Positions 9,637 through 18,526 of a stretch of 64,000 bases of DNA are shown one piece after another; position 1 is the stretch's first letter, and the number at the start of each line of letters is the position of its first letter. Location: NCBI GenBank assembly GCA_019261985.1, contig JAFAQY010000106.1:22214-86213 (forward strand), given 5' to 3'. Both the position numbers and the translations under genes were made by a program. The DNA comes from Bryobacterales bacterium (GTDB taxonomy: Bacteria; Acidobacteriota; Terriglobia; Bryobacterales; Bryobacteraceae). The notes under the pieces were generated by a model. The model saw only the letters and a list, made by a program, of their open reading frames with translations, was not told where the DNA came from and searched no databases.

Positions 9637-10991
9637 TAGGTTCGCTGAACAACTCCACCGGGCGAATAAGGAAAAGCGATGTGCGCAAACTTGCTGCCGC
9701 CCGTAATCGGTGTCGTAAAGTCGCCGCCTCCGAGGGAGTAGTTTCCCATCTGAACCAGCGGCGGGTAGGGCGAGGCTTCCGGGCTGATTTTGATCGTCGG
9801 ACCGAATTTTCCGTAATCCAACATCGCGGCGAACACGTTGTATGCGCCCGCTGCGCGAAAGCCTCTCCATGCGGCTAGAATGCGTCCATCGCTGGTGTAA
9901 CCAAGGCCGGGCATATCGGCGCTTGAAACGGGAGGTAGTCCGGGAGGCGGCGGTTGCGGCTCCGCCGACTTCCAAGTCTTGCCGTCGTCTTCAGTGAAGA
10001 AGATTTTGAGATTGCGGTGATCCGGAGTAAACCCGGTTACGGCGAAGTGTCCGGAATGCACCGGGTCCGCGGCGACCTGCGGGTAACGCACACGGCCTGT
10101 GGGATTCACCTCGGTTGAATCCGCGATCAGGTTGTAGGTGAAGCGCCGGCCTAAGTCTTTGCTGATTCCGAACACCAAGCACGGGCATTTTCGGCCCATT
10201 ACGGGGGTGGAACCGGCGAAGTAAACTGCCACGACGCTGCCCTGAGCCGCTGCGAAATCCGCGCCACGTCCCGGCCATTCCTTCGCGGCCGCGGGCTGAT
10301 AAACAGTGCCGAAGTTGAGGCCCTTATCGCTAGATGCCGCGAGATAGCCTTGAGCGGTGGAAAAGAAAGTTCCCGTTGCCGTGTCGGCAAGGCCTTTGGC
10401 GCCATCCCACGGAGTGTCCTGTGGCTCCTTGCCGCGCTCGATTCCCGTGACGCCCGGCGCGAATTTATCGACGGTGAGCCCGGGCACGCCCTTCGACCAA
10501 GTGGCCCCCCCGTCACGGGAAACGGCCACCATCTGCCGGCCCTGTTTGGGTTCAGGGCCAGTGACACCGTTCGCTGTGAATAGAGCACCACCGGCATAGA
10601 CGATGCCATCCGGCCCAAAGGCTGCCCACGGCGCATTGCAATACCAAAGCTCGGGCATCGTGGCGGAACGCCCCGTTCTAAGAACGGTCATCAGATTTGT
10701 ATCGCGGAACGTGACTCCTCCATCGTGCGAGATGGCGATGTGACAATCGGCGGTTCGGCTGCCCTTCGGGGCATTGGTGTCGATGGGGAGGGAATACAGC
10801 CGCCAGGCCACCGCGACGAGGTTGTCATCCTTGGGACTCGTTGCGACGAAGGGAAACGCAGACGCGAACTGGGGCCCATTTTGGCTGATATCGATGATTT
10901 CAACCCCCGGAGATGCTCCGGGTTCGGAAACCATTTGCGCGGTCACAATGGAGGCCAGCGCAGTTAGACAGACAACGCGGGAGAAGCTCAT
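9600..10991 (-). CDS. Secreted BNR/Asp-box beta-propeller protein (sialidase-like fold)
   Basis: 463-aa ORF with a signal peptide. Asp-box repeats SHDGGVTF, SRDGGATW, SSDKGLNF, SKDLGRRF and TEDDGKTW. Its ATG overlaps the TAA of the upstream TonB receptor (TAATG), indicating translational coupling. Confidence 0.75.
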   Translation of the reverse strand: MSFSRVVCLTALASIVTAQMVSEPGASPGVEIIDISQNGPQFASAFPFVATSPKDDNLVAVAWRLYSLPIDTNAPKGSRTADCHIAISHDGGVTFRDTNLMTVLRTGRSATMPELWYCNAPWAAFGPDGIVYAGGALFTANGVTGPEPKQGRQMVAVSRDGGATWSKGVPGLTVDKFAPGVTGIERGKEPQDTPWDGAKGLADTATGTFFSTAQGYLAASSDKGLNFGTVYQPAAAKEWPGRGADFAAAQGSVVAVYFAGSTPVMGRKCPCLVFGISKDLGRRFTYNLIADSTEVNPTGRVRYPQVAADPVHSGHFAVTGFTPDHRNLKIFFTEDDGKTWKSAEPQPPPPGLPPVSSADMPGLGYTSDGRILAAWRGFRAAGAYNVFAAMLDYGKFGPTIKISPEASPYPPLVQMGNYSLGGGDFTTPITGGSKFAHIAFPYSPGGVVQRTYYARIALDRMKP

Positions 10992-13900
10992 TAAAACACG
11001 TATTTCAGCGCGCCCTGAAGAATCCGCGGGTCGCGCGCGCTAAGAATCTGCCCGTAGGTGGGACTGTTCAGCGTCGCGTCGGGATTACCAAACCGCGCAT
11101 GGTTGAACACGTTGAAAGCCTCGGCGCGGAAGTCAATGCGGTTACGCTCCGTGATGCGAAAACTGCGCGATAGCGCTACGTCAACATTCCACGCTCCCGG
11201 CCCGGTGATCACGCCCACCCCCGAATTGCCCCAGCTTCCTGTCGGGGCGGGGACGAATGCGGACGTGTTGAACCATTTGGCGATGGACGGATTTGCCAGA
11301 TCCGGACCGGCGACAGCATTCGGGCGCGTGCCGCTGCCTGTGAGCGATGTATCGAAACCGGTTGCCGGCGTGACATGCGTTCCTGTCGCGGCAGTGAAGA
11401 TGGTCGATTCCTGCCAGTCGCCGAGTAGCCGCCGCGTCCAGCCGGCGGAGAATCTCGGCGTTCGAACCACACCTGTAAGATTGAAAACCTGACGGCGATC
11501 GGAAAGGCAATTGCCGTACTCGGCCTCGCGGTTGTTGGGGTCCTGAGGACTGGCTCCGCCATTGAGCGCAACTTCGTTTTCGGTCAGGCAGTGTGACCAC
11601 GTATAATTCGCCAGAACCGTAAAGCTGTGCGTGAAACGATGCTGAGCGGAGAGCAGCATCGCGTTGTAGGTCGCGATCGCGCCGTCGCCAAAAGGAGTAA
11701 CCGCGGAATAAGCAGCCGCCTTGGCGGGGTTCGACAGGTACAGGACTCGCCGGAAATTCGTGTTCGATTGATTCGAGCATGGTCCCGCGGCAGTTAGCCC
11801 ATATTGGCCGTCGGCGCAATTGCCTGGGATATAAATTGCAGGATTCAGCGGCTCGCCCATTTCGAGATGCAGAGTTCGATTCCCCAGATAAGAAGCTGAG
11901 AGCAGCCAGTCGCCGGCGACCTGCTTTTGCAGCGCGACATTCCACTGTTCCATGTAGGTTGGCTTCGGGTTCAATTTGAAGAAACCCAGTCCGCCCCCAA
12001 ACTGTGGAAAGGGCACATTGGCCGGCAGCGGACTGGGGAGCGGGAACGGGTTCGTTCCGTAAGTCGAGCCGGCGTAAGGATCCGAGAACCCGCCGGCCGG
12101 ATTCGGGATACTTACCGGATACGCAAAGGGAGCATGGGTTCCGTTTTGCAGAAATAAGGGCACGGCGCTATAAAAAATTCCGTAGCCTGCGCGGATCGTT
12201 TCGAGACCTTTCCCCCGAGGGTCGTAGACCACACCTATGCGCGGAGCGAATTCGGCCCAGCGGCTGTTGAAGTAGTGGTTTGCAGGCATGCCCGGATCGC
12301 CGACGAACAATGTTCCCGCCGGCGCGTTGGTGAATACCCGGCTATGAATGCCGGCGCTATACCATCCGGGGTCGAAGATGCTGACTTGCGGAACCGCCTT
12401 CCATGGCGAGACGTAAGGGTCCCATCGCAAGCCTGCGCTCACATTGAAACGCGAGCTGAGACGGATGTTGTCCTGCACGAAAAGCGAGGGGAACGTCAGC
12501 CGCTCATCGCCGATCTGGCCGTTGTTCTGCGAGAATGACGACGGTTTGCCGAGCAGGAAGTCGGCCAGCGAATTGCCCGTGTTCTGCCCGTTGAACGTGA
12601 AATTTCCGTTGCGTGAAAAATTGCCGAAGGAATTCAGCCGTGAATTCTGCCCAGTGGCCCCGAAGGCGATTTGATGCGCGCCGCGGATCCAATTGATCTG
12701 CTCGGAGAGCTGGTAATTGGTGGAAATCCACGGCCCGGGCGAGCAGTTCTGGCACACCGGCGTGAAATAGCTGGTGATGTTGATGAAGGCGTAGCCCGGC
12801 ACTCCCTGGGTAACATTCGCGCCCAGTTGTGTCGGCGTCGGGACGCCGGGCGGCGTGTACCGGATGACGGAGGTCCGGCTGAAGGACGCCCTGAAGGAGC
12901 TGATCATCCGCGGATTGATGACGAAATTCTCGCCGGCCACGGCTGAATTGACGCGATCCGCCAATCCGACGCTTGCGTCGGTGGACATGGTCAGCAGGTT
13001 GTCTGCGAAGTACGGCGGGTGCTGGTAATCGGTGATGAAATAACGCGCAAACACGGAATGTTTGTCGTTGACTTGCCAATCCGACCGGACGACGTACTGG
13101 TTTTCATGATCGCTGCTCGGGATTCCGTATGTGAGCTTCCCGCAGGGGTTCGACGATACAGGAATCAGTTTCAAGAGATTCAGCGCAACGGGATTGAGAA
13201 GGCTGGCCGGGACTTTGTTTCCGACGAAAGGAGCCTTGAGCGTGACATTTCCGCAGGAAGCGATTCCAGTAAAATCGCCCTGGAGAGCGGCGGCCGTGGC
13301 AACGAAGTTTATGTTTGCGGCGGGTGCGACTTTTTCGAAAGTGCCTTGATATCCCCCAAAGAAGAACAGCTTGTTCTTGATAATCGGTCCGCCTATCGTA
13401 CCGCCGAACTGATTGCGTTTGAGCGAATCGCGTGCCGGAGCAAAGAAGTTTCGCGCGTTGAGCGCGTAATTGCGGATGAACTCGAATGCGTCTCCGTGGA
13501 ATTGATTGCCGCCGCTTTTTGTGATCACGTTGATCACTCCGCCCGGCTGCGAACCGTAATTGGCCGGCAATGAGCTGGTTTCGACCTTAAACTCCTGAAG
13601 GGCGTCGGGAAACGGCATGGGAAGTCCGATATTGGAAATCGGGTCCATATGGTTGCCGCCGTCGAGCACGAACAGCGTCTGTCCGCCTTGGCCGCCCGCC
13701 ACCGAGAACGCTGAAGACGTTGGGTAGTTCTTGTTCGAGATGAGCGATTGACCCGCGCTGGTCGGCACGAAATCGTTTGCCGCCCCGGAGAGAGTTACCA
13801 GTTGTGTGACCTGGCGGCCATTCAGCGGAAGCTCGAGCACACGTTCCTGATCGATTACCTGCCCTATGCCGGGATTGTGAGTCTCCACTTGAGCCGCATT

Positions 13901-14269
13901 GGCCACGACTTCGATTTGCTGAGTAACCCCGCCCACGTTCAGTGTGATGTTGATCTGGGGATTCGTATTCACTTCCAGTACGATGCCGGACTGCATATAC
14001 GGCGCGAAGCCCTCTTTAGAACCTCGAAGCGCGTACGGCCCGGGAGGCAGGTTGGACAGGAGATATGAGCCATCCCGCCCGCTCTTGACGGTTCTGGCGA
14101 TGGCGGTGTTGGCGTTGGTGATCGTGATTTCGGCGTCAGGAATAACGGCGCCAGTCGCATCTTGGACGGTTCCGGAGACTTGGGAAACCTGGCTCGTCTG
14201 CCCCCAGGCGCTGCCGGCCCAAAGCAAGACAGCAATGAAGAGGGCAGCCGCAACACACGAACTCTTCAT
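10991..14269 (-). CDS. TonB-dependent receptor with carboxypeptidase-regulatory-like domain (2 of 3)
   Basis: 1092-aa ORF. Signal peptide, VSGTVQDATGAVIPDAEITITNANT, plug motif LPLNGRQVTQL, C-terminal GALKYVF. Confidence 0.85.
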   Translation of the reverse strand: MKSSCVAAALFIAVLLWAGSAWGQTSQVSQVSGTVQDATGAVIPDAEITITNANTAIARTVKSGRDGSYLLSNLPPGPYALRGSKEGFAPYMQSGIVLEVNTNPQINITLNVGGVTQQIEVVANAAQVETHNPGIGQVIDQERVLELPLNGRQVTQLVTLSGAANDFVPTSAGQSLISNKNYPTSSAFSVAGGQGGQTLFVLDGGNHMDPISNIGLPMPFPDALQEFKVETSSLPANYGSQPGGVINVITKSGGNQFHGDAFEFIRNYALNARNFFAPARDSLKRNQFGGTIGGPIIKNKLFFFGGYQGTFEKVAPAANINFVATAAALQGDFTGIASCGNVTLKAPFVGNKVPASLLNPVALNLLKLIPVSSNPCGKLTYGIPSSDHENQYVVRSDWQVNDKHSVFARYFITDYQHPPYFADNLLTMSTDASVGLADRVNSAVAGENFVINPRMISSFRASFSRTSVIRYTPPGVPTPTQLGANVTQGVPGYAFINITSYFTPVCQNCSPGPWISTNYQLSEQINWIRGAHQIAFGATGQNSRLNSFGNFSRNGNFTFNGQNTGNSLADFLLGKPSSFSQNNGQIGDERLTFPSLFVQDNIRLSSRFNVSAGLRWDPYVSPWKAVPQVSIFDPGWYSAGIHSRVFTNAPAGTLFVGDPGMPANHYFNSRWAEFAPRIGVVYDPRGKGLETIRAGYGIFYSAVPLFLQNGTHAPFAYPVSIPNPAGGFSDPYAGSTYGTNPFPLPSPLPANVPFPQFGGGLGFFKLNPKPTYMEQWNVALQKQVAGDWLLSASYLGNRTLHLEMGEPLNPAIYIPGNCADGQYGLTAAGPCSNQSNTNFRRVLYLSNPAKAAAYSAVTPFGDGAIATYNAMLLSAQHRFTHSFTVLANYTWSHCLTENEVALNGGASPQDPNNREAEYGNCLSDRRQVFNLTGVVRTPRFSAGWTRRLLGDWQESTIFTAATGTHVTPATGFDTSLTGSGTRPNAVAGPDLANPSIAKWFNTSAFVPAPTGSWGNSGVGVITGPGAWNVDVALSRSFRITERNRIDFRAEAFNVFNHARFGNPDATLNSPTYGQILSARDPRILQGALKYVF

Positions 14270-14321
14270 GGAGTTACTCCCTTCTGATCTGCGGTTACGC
14301 TAACACGGCCGGGCGCATTTT

Positions 14322-14395
14322 CGAGCGTGTTTAACCGTGCTGAACCGTTACATGGAGCGCTCTCCATTGCTCGTGCGTTTTGTTCGGGTTAGAAT
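14322..14395 (+). promoter_or_regulatory. Conserved 30-nt palindromic element followed by a sigma70-like promoter (-35 TTGCTC at 14367, 17-nt spacer, -10 TAGAAT at 14390)
   Basis: CGAGCGTGTTTAACCGTGCTGAACCGTTAC ends 59 nt before the MBL-hydrolase ATG. It matches the element at 5292-5321 at 26 of 30 positions, in the same gene-sense orientation and with the same spacing. Confidence 0.45.
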
Positions 14396-14410
14396 CGCTC
14401 AGATCGAACT

Positions 14411-15499
14411 ATGAGAATCATTGGCGCAGTAAGCATTGCCTTGGCCGTGATTTCGCAGGCGCAGGATTCCTCTAGCGCGCCCCCGGGAGCCGGCCGGGGT
14501 GGGCGGGGCCCTTCGCCGAACCTCCCGACGAAAGCACAATGGGATTCAAACGCGAAGACTCAAGAGTACGTGGCCAAGGCCAAAGCGATCGCGGGAGACG
14601 ATCCTGATCTCCAATTCGACTTTGGGATCTTTTGTCAGCCTTCCGGGGGCTCGACGAACGAGGACCGGGCCAAGATTGGCGTTCCCAACAGTCTGCCGCA
14701 CCTCACTGCTTATCCGACGCCGAATCCGAAAGCTTCGTTAGGAATCCAGCGCCTCTTCGACAACTTCTACTGGATCGGTGACACCGGTGTTGGAGCGTGG
14801 CTGATCACGTCAAACGACGGCTACATTTTGTTCGACTCTCTGAATAACGAAGATGAAGCGCGCGACGTGCTGGTTCCGAGTATGAAAAAGGCTGGTCTTG
14901 ATCCGGCCAAGATCAAGTACATGGTGTTCGGGCATTACCACTTGGACCACACCGGGGGCGGCCTCTACATCCAATCCAATTACCACCCGAAAGTCGTCAT
15001 GGGCCGCGACGATTGGGAGCTATATTTCAAAACCATGCAGTCGGGATCGGGGCAAGCGGCGCGGCTCGCGAACAAGACGCCGATGAAGCGGGACATCGAT
15101 GCAACAGATGGAATGAAGATCACCGCCGGCGACGTCACTGCGACCATCTACGAGATGACAGGCCACACACCAGGCTCGATCGGGATGATTGTTCCCGTAA
15201 AATACCAGGGCCGGGCGCACCCGATTCTCTTGGTGACTGCTGCTACAGACGTTCACAATCGCGAATCCTTTATCGGCGGCTATGAGCACATCTGGGATAT
15301 CGGCATCCAGAACAAAGTGGAATCGGTAATGCAGGTTCATCCGAATACCAACATGAATCTACTTGCCCGGACGAAATACGTCAGCGAAAACTATCCCCCG
15401 GCGAAAAATCCGCTGCTCTATGGCGCCGATCGGACGAAGAAGTACATCGAGATAATGCGGGCGTGCACACTGGGCCGCATGGAGGCTCTGGGATGGTAA
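14411..15499 (+). CDS. Secreted MBL-fold metallo-hydrolase
   Basis: 362-aa ORF with a signal peptide. Metallo-beta-lactamase motif GHYHLDHTGG, plus a downstream HTPGS. Confidence 0.8.
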   Translation: MRIIGAVSIALAVISQAQDSSSAPPGAGRGGRGPSPNLPTKAQWDSNAKTQEYVAKAKAIAGDDPDLQFDFGIFCQPSGGSTNEDRAKIGVPNSLPHLTAYPTPNPKASLGIQRLFDNFYWIGDTGVGAWLITSNDGYILFDSLNNEDEARDVLVPSMKKAGLDPAKIKYMVFGHYHLDHTGGGLYIQSNYHPKVVMGRDDWELYFKTMQSGSGQAARLANKTPMKRDIDATDGMKITAGDVTATIYEMTGHTPGSIGMIVPVKYQGRAHPILLVTAATDVHNRESFIGGYEHIWDIGIQNKVESVMQVHPNTNMNLLARTKYVSENYPPAKNPLLYGADRTKKYIEIMRACTLGRMEALGW

Positions 15500-16641
15500 T
15501 GCGCATGCGCAGGCGCGAGCTTCTCAAATCGGGCGCAGCCGTGTTGCTGGCAGGATGGGCGCGCCCCGCGTTTACTCAGGCAAAATCCTCGGGAAAATTC
15601 TCTCTCGATGTCTACTCGCGCAGCCTGCAATGGCTCCGAACGCCCGCGGAGGTGGCCAAGGCGGTAACCGAAATCGGCCTGAATAGCGTGGATCTAACGG
15701 TTATGCCTTATCCGGGTCACGTTGATCCCGCCAAGGTGAAAACGGATCTGCCGAGGTTCGTAAAAGACCTCGGCGACGGCGGCATCACGGTATCGGCGAT
15801 TACGTGTCCAATAACGGATGCGGATTCGTCCGACGCGGAAGCTATCATTGGGACCGCCTCATCAGCCGGGATTCGATATTACAGTTGGGGTGGATTTCGC
15901 TATGACGATAAGAAGCCCTACCAAGTGCAGCTCGACGCACTGAAACCGCGTGTGGAGAGGTTAGCGCGGCTAAATGAGAAGCACAATATCAAGGCTCTGT
16001 ATCAGCCGCGTGCCGGGGCGATGAATATCGGTACGGCGTTTTTCGATTTGTTAGACGTGCTGAAGGAATTCGACCCGCGATTCGTCGCTTTCCGGTACGA
16101 TACGGGGAGTCTCGTGCAAACGACTCCGGACCTACAGGCTCTCCAATTGCGCATGGGCGGCCGTTATATCGGCGGTATCGCGCTAAACGATGCCGCGGTG
16201 AAGCTTGACCTGCCGGTATGGCATCAGGGCGCTTACCAGGGAACGCCCGAGCAACAGATCGGCGCGTCCAGCGGCGGCGACAACACGGGCAAGGACGGCG
16301 GGAATCCGCTGGCGCTCGGAGGCGGAGGCCGGCCGCTTCCTTATCATGTTCATCCCGTGCCCGTCGGGACCGGCATGATCGATTTGACGCTGATCGGCAA
16401 GACGCTGAAGGAAATCGGCTTCGAAGGACCGGCCGAATGTCAGGCAGAGTGGCCCCTCGGCGGCGCGGAGATCGGAAACGACAAGATCACGTTGCCGCGC
16501 CAGACAGTGTTGGGCCAAATCAAACACAATCGCCTAATGGTGGAACAGGCATTCGCGCCGGCATGGAATATCAACATAGCCCAGCCGCCGTTTATGCAGC
16601 GCGGCGCCAAAACCGCATCCGGGCCGGATCCCGAGCAGTGA
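15493..16641 (+). CDS. Tat-exported xylose isomerase-like TIM-barrel protein, paralog 3
   Basis: The ORF track starts at 15463. The likely start is the ATG at 15493 or 15499, overlapping the MBL stop (ATGGTAATG). MVMRMRRRELLKSGAAVLLAGWARPAFTQA is a twin-arginine signal. The TIM-barrel body carries a Gly-rich insert. Confidence 0.8.
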   Translation: MVMRMRRRELLKSGAAVLLAGWARPAFTQAKSSGKFSLDVYSRSLQWLRTPAEVAKAVTEIGLNSVDLTVMPYPGHVDPAKVKTDLPRFVKDLGDGGITVSAITCPITDADSSDAEAIIGTASSAGIRYYSWGGFRYDDKKPYQVQLDALKPRVERLARLNEKHNIKALYQPRAGAMNIGTAFFDLLDVLKEFDPRFVAFRYDTGSLVQTTPDLQALQLRMGGRYIGGIALNDAAVKLDLPVWHQGAYQGTPEQQIGASSGGDNTGKDGGNPLALGGGGRPLPYHVHPVPVGTGMIDLTLIGKTLKEIGFEGPAECQAEWPLGGAEIGNDKITLPRQTVLGQIKHNRLMVEQAFAPAWNINIAQPPFMQRGAKTASGPDPEQ

Positions 16642-16648
16642 GGAATCG

Positions 16649-18526
16649 ATGACTAAGTCTGTATTTTCGCTCCTGACAATCGTGTTAGCCGCGCCGGTAT
16701 TTTCAGCGGAGGGAGATTGGTACACCGTCGGAGGCGATTTCGGCCACACGAAATATTCATCGCTCAAGCAGATTACGACCGCGAACGTTTCGCATCTGGC
16801 GCCGGCATGGAGCTTCGACGCGGGCGGGGGCGAGGTTACTCCGATCGTCATCGATGGTGTGATGTATTACCCCGCCGGAAGCAAGATCGTTGCGCTTGAG
16901 GCACACACGGGCAAGGTGCTGTGGCAGACCGATATGAGCAACTTGATCCCGGCTACGCCCGAAATGCTGGTGAATCCCGCGCGCGCCGCGGGCCTTCCCG
17001 CGGGACGAGGCGCGCAGGCTTCGAACAACGCATTCCTGCGGCTGGGTAATAGCGCAAAATATGGGGTCTCCATGTGGACCGACGGCGGCGCGACTCCGCC
17101 GCGCATTGTGGTGGCAACCACCGGCGGCTATCTGATCCAGCTTGATGCCAAGACGGGCGCGCTCTACAAGGATTTCGGGCAGCGCGGCGCACTCGATCTC
17201 AGGATCAACGCCATGGAGAAATTCTCATCGAGCGACTACACGCCTGGGATGCTTCCCACGATTTACAAGAATCTGGCCATCATCGCTCCGCGCACTGGCG
17301 AGCAGGGCCGTTACGGTACGCCCGGCGATGCGCGAGCTTTCGATCTCGGCACGGGAAAAGAGGTCTGGCGCTTTCACGTTGTGCCGCATCCGGGAGAGCC
17401 GAATTTCGGCACGTGGGGCCTCGACGGATGGCAGGACCGCCGCGGCCCCGGAAGTTGGGTCCCTATGACCGTGGACTTCGCAAGCGGCACGATTTTCATG
17501 GCGACGGGCAATGCGACGGATCAAGATTACGGCGCGCCCCGCCCCGGCGACAATCTGTATTCGAGCAGCCTGGTGGCTATCGACGCCGCAACCGGCAAAT
17601 TGCGCTGGTACTTTCAAACCACGCATCACGACATCTACGATTGGGACCTCAATTCCCCGCCGGTTCTCGCAGACATCACCGCCAACGATGGAAAGAAAGT
17701 CGCGGCGGTATTGCAGAACACCAAGCAAGGGTATCTGTTCGTGCTGGATCGCGTCACCGGCAAGCCGATCCTTCCGATTGAGGAGAGGCCGGTTCCTCCC
17801 AGCGACGCGCCGGGTGAAGTCACCTCGCCAACCGAACCCGTCCCGTTGAAACCGCCTCCGTTAGGACGTGTGAGTCTGAGCCGCGACGAAGTCGCAAACC
17901 TTTCGCCGGAGAGCCACAAATTCTGCCTGGACATTTACGACAAAGTTCTTCAGGCAGGCGAGGGTACGCCGTATTCGATGGTTCCAACGCTGGTGTTTCC
18001 TAGCTCCACGGGCGGCGGCACATTCGCCGGAGCTACCTATGATCCGAATTTGAACTACATCTTCGTGAACGACAAGGAAGTGGGCACCATTGCCATGCTC
18101 ACTCCGCAGCTTTCTTCGAACACCTTCGAATCGCTGGCAAAATCGAAACTCCCGTTCGTCGATCGGAACGGATATCCGTGCTCGACGCCTCCTTGGGGAG
18201 AACTGATGGCCGTGAATGCCGCAACGGGCGACATCGTCTGGCGTCAACCGCTGGGCGAGTACAAAGAACTCACCGCCAGGGGCATCCCGAAAACAGGCAC
18301 GGAGAATTCGGGCGGGTCCATCGCCACGGCGGGCGGGCTGCTTTTTATAGCGGCGTCGCAAGATAAGATGTTCCGCGCGTTCGAGTCGCGCACGGGGAAG
18401 GAACTGTGGAGCGCGGACCTGCCTGCGAATGGGAACGCAACTCCTTCGACGTTTCTCGGCAAGGATGGCAAACAATATGTCGCGATCTGTACCAGCCGGG
18501 GAGTGGCGGCCTTCCGGCTACCGTAG
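16649..18526 (+). CDS. Soluble periplasmic PQQ-dependent dehydrogenase, paralog 2
   Basis: 625-aa ORF. GAGGAA ribosome-binding site, signal peptide, DWYTVGGDFGHTKYSSLKQITTANVSHLAPAW, YFQTTHHDIYDWDL. Confidence 0.85.
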   Translation: MTKSVFSLLTIVLAAPVFSAEGDWYTVGGDFGHTKYSSLKQITTANVSHLAPAWSFDAGGGEVTPIVIDGVMYYPAGSKIVALEAHTGKVLWQTDMSNLIPATPEMLVNPARAAGLPAGRGAQASNNAFLRLGNSAKYGVSMWTDGGATPPRIVVATTGGYLIQLDAKTGALYKDFGQRGALDLRINAMEKFSSSDYTPGMLPTIYKNLAIIAPRTGEQGRYGTPGDARAFDLGTGKEVWRFHVVPHPGEPNFGTWGLDGWQDRRGPGSWVPMTVDFASGTIFMATGNATDQDYGAPRPGDNLYSSSLVAIDAATGKLRWYFQTTHHDIYDWDLNSPPVLADITANDGKKVAAVLQNTKQGYLFVLDRVTGKPILPIEERPVPPSDAPGEVTSPTEPVPLKPPPLGRVSLSRDEVANLSPESHKFCLDIYDKVLQAGEGTPYSMVPTLVFPSSTGGGTFAGATYDPNLNYIFVNDKEVGTIAMLTPQLSSNTFESLAKSKLPFVDRNGYPCSTPPWGELMAVNAATGDIVWRQPLGEYKELTARGIPKTGTENSGGSIATAGGLLFIAASQDKMFRAFESRTGKELWSADLPANGNATPSTFLGKDGKQYVAICTSRGVAAFRLP

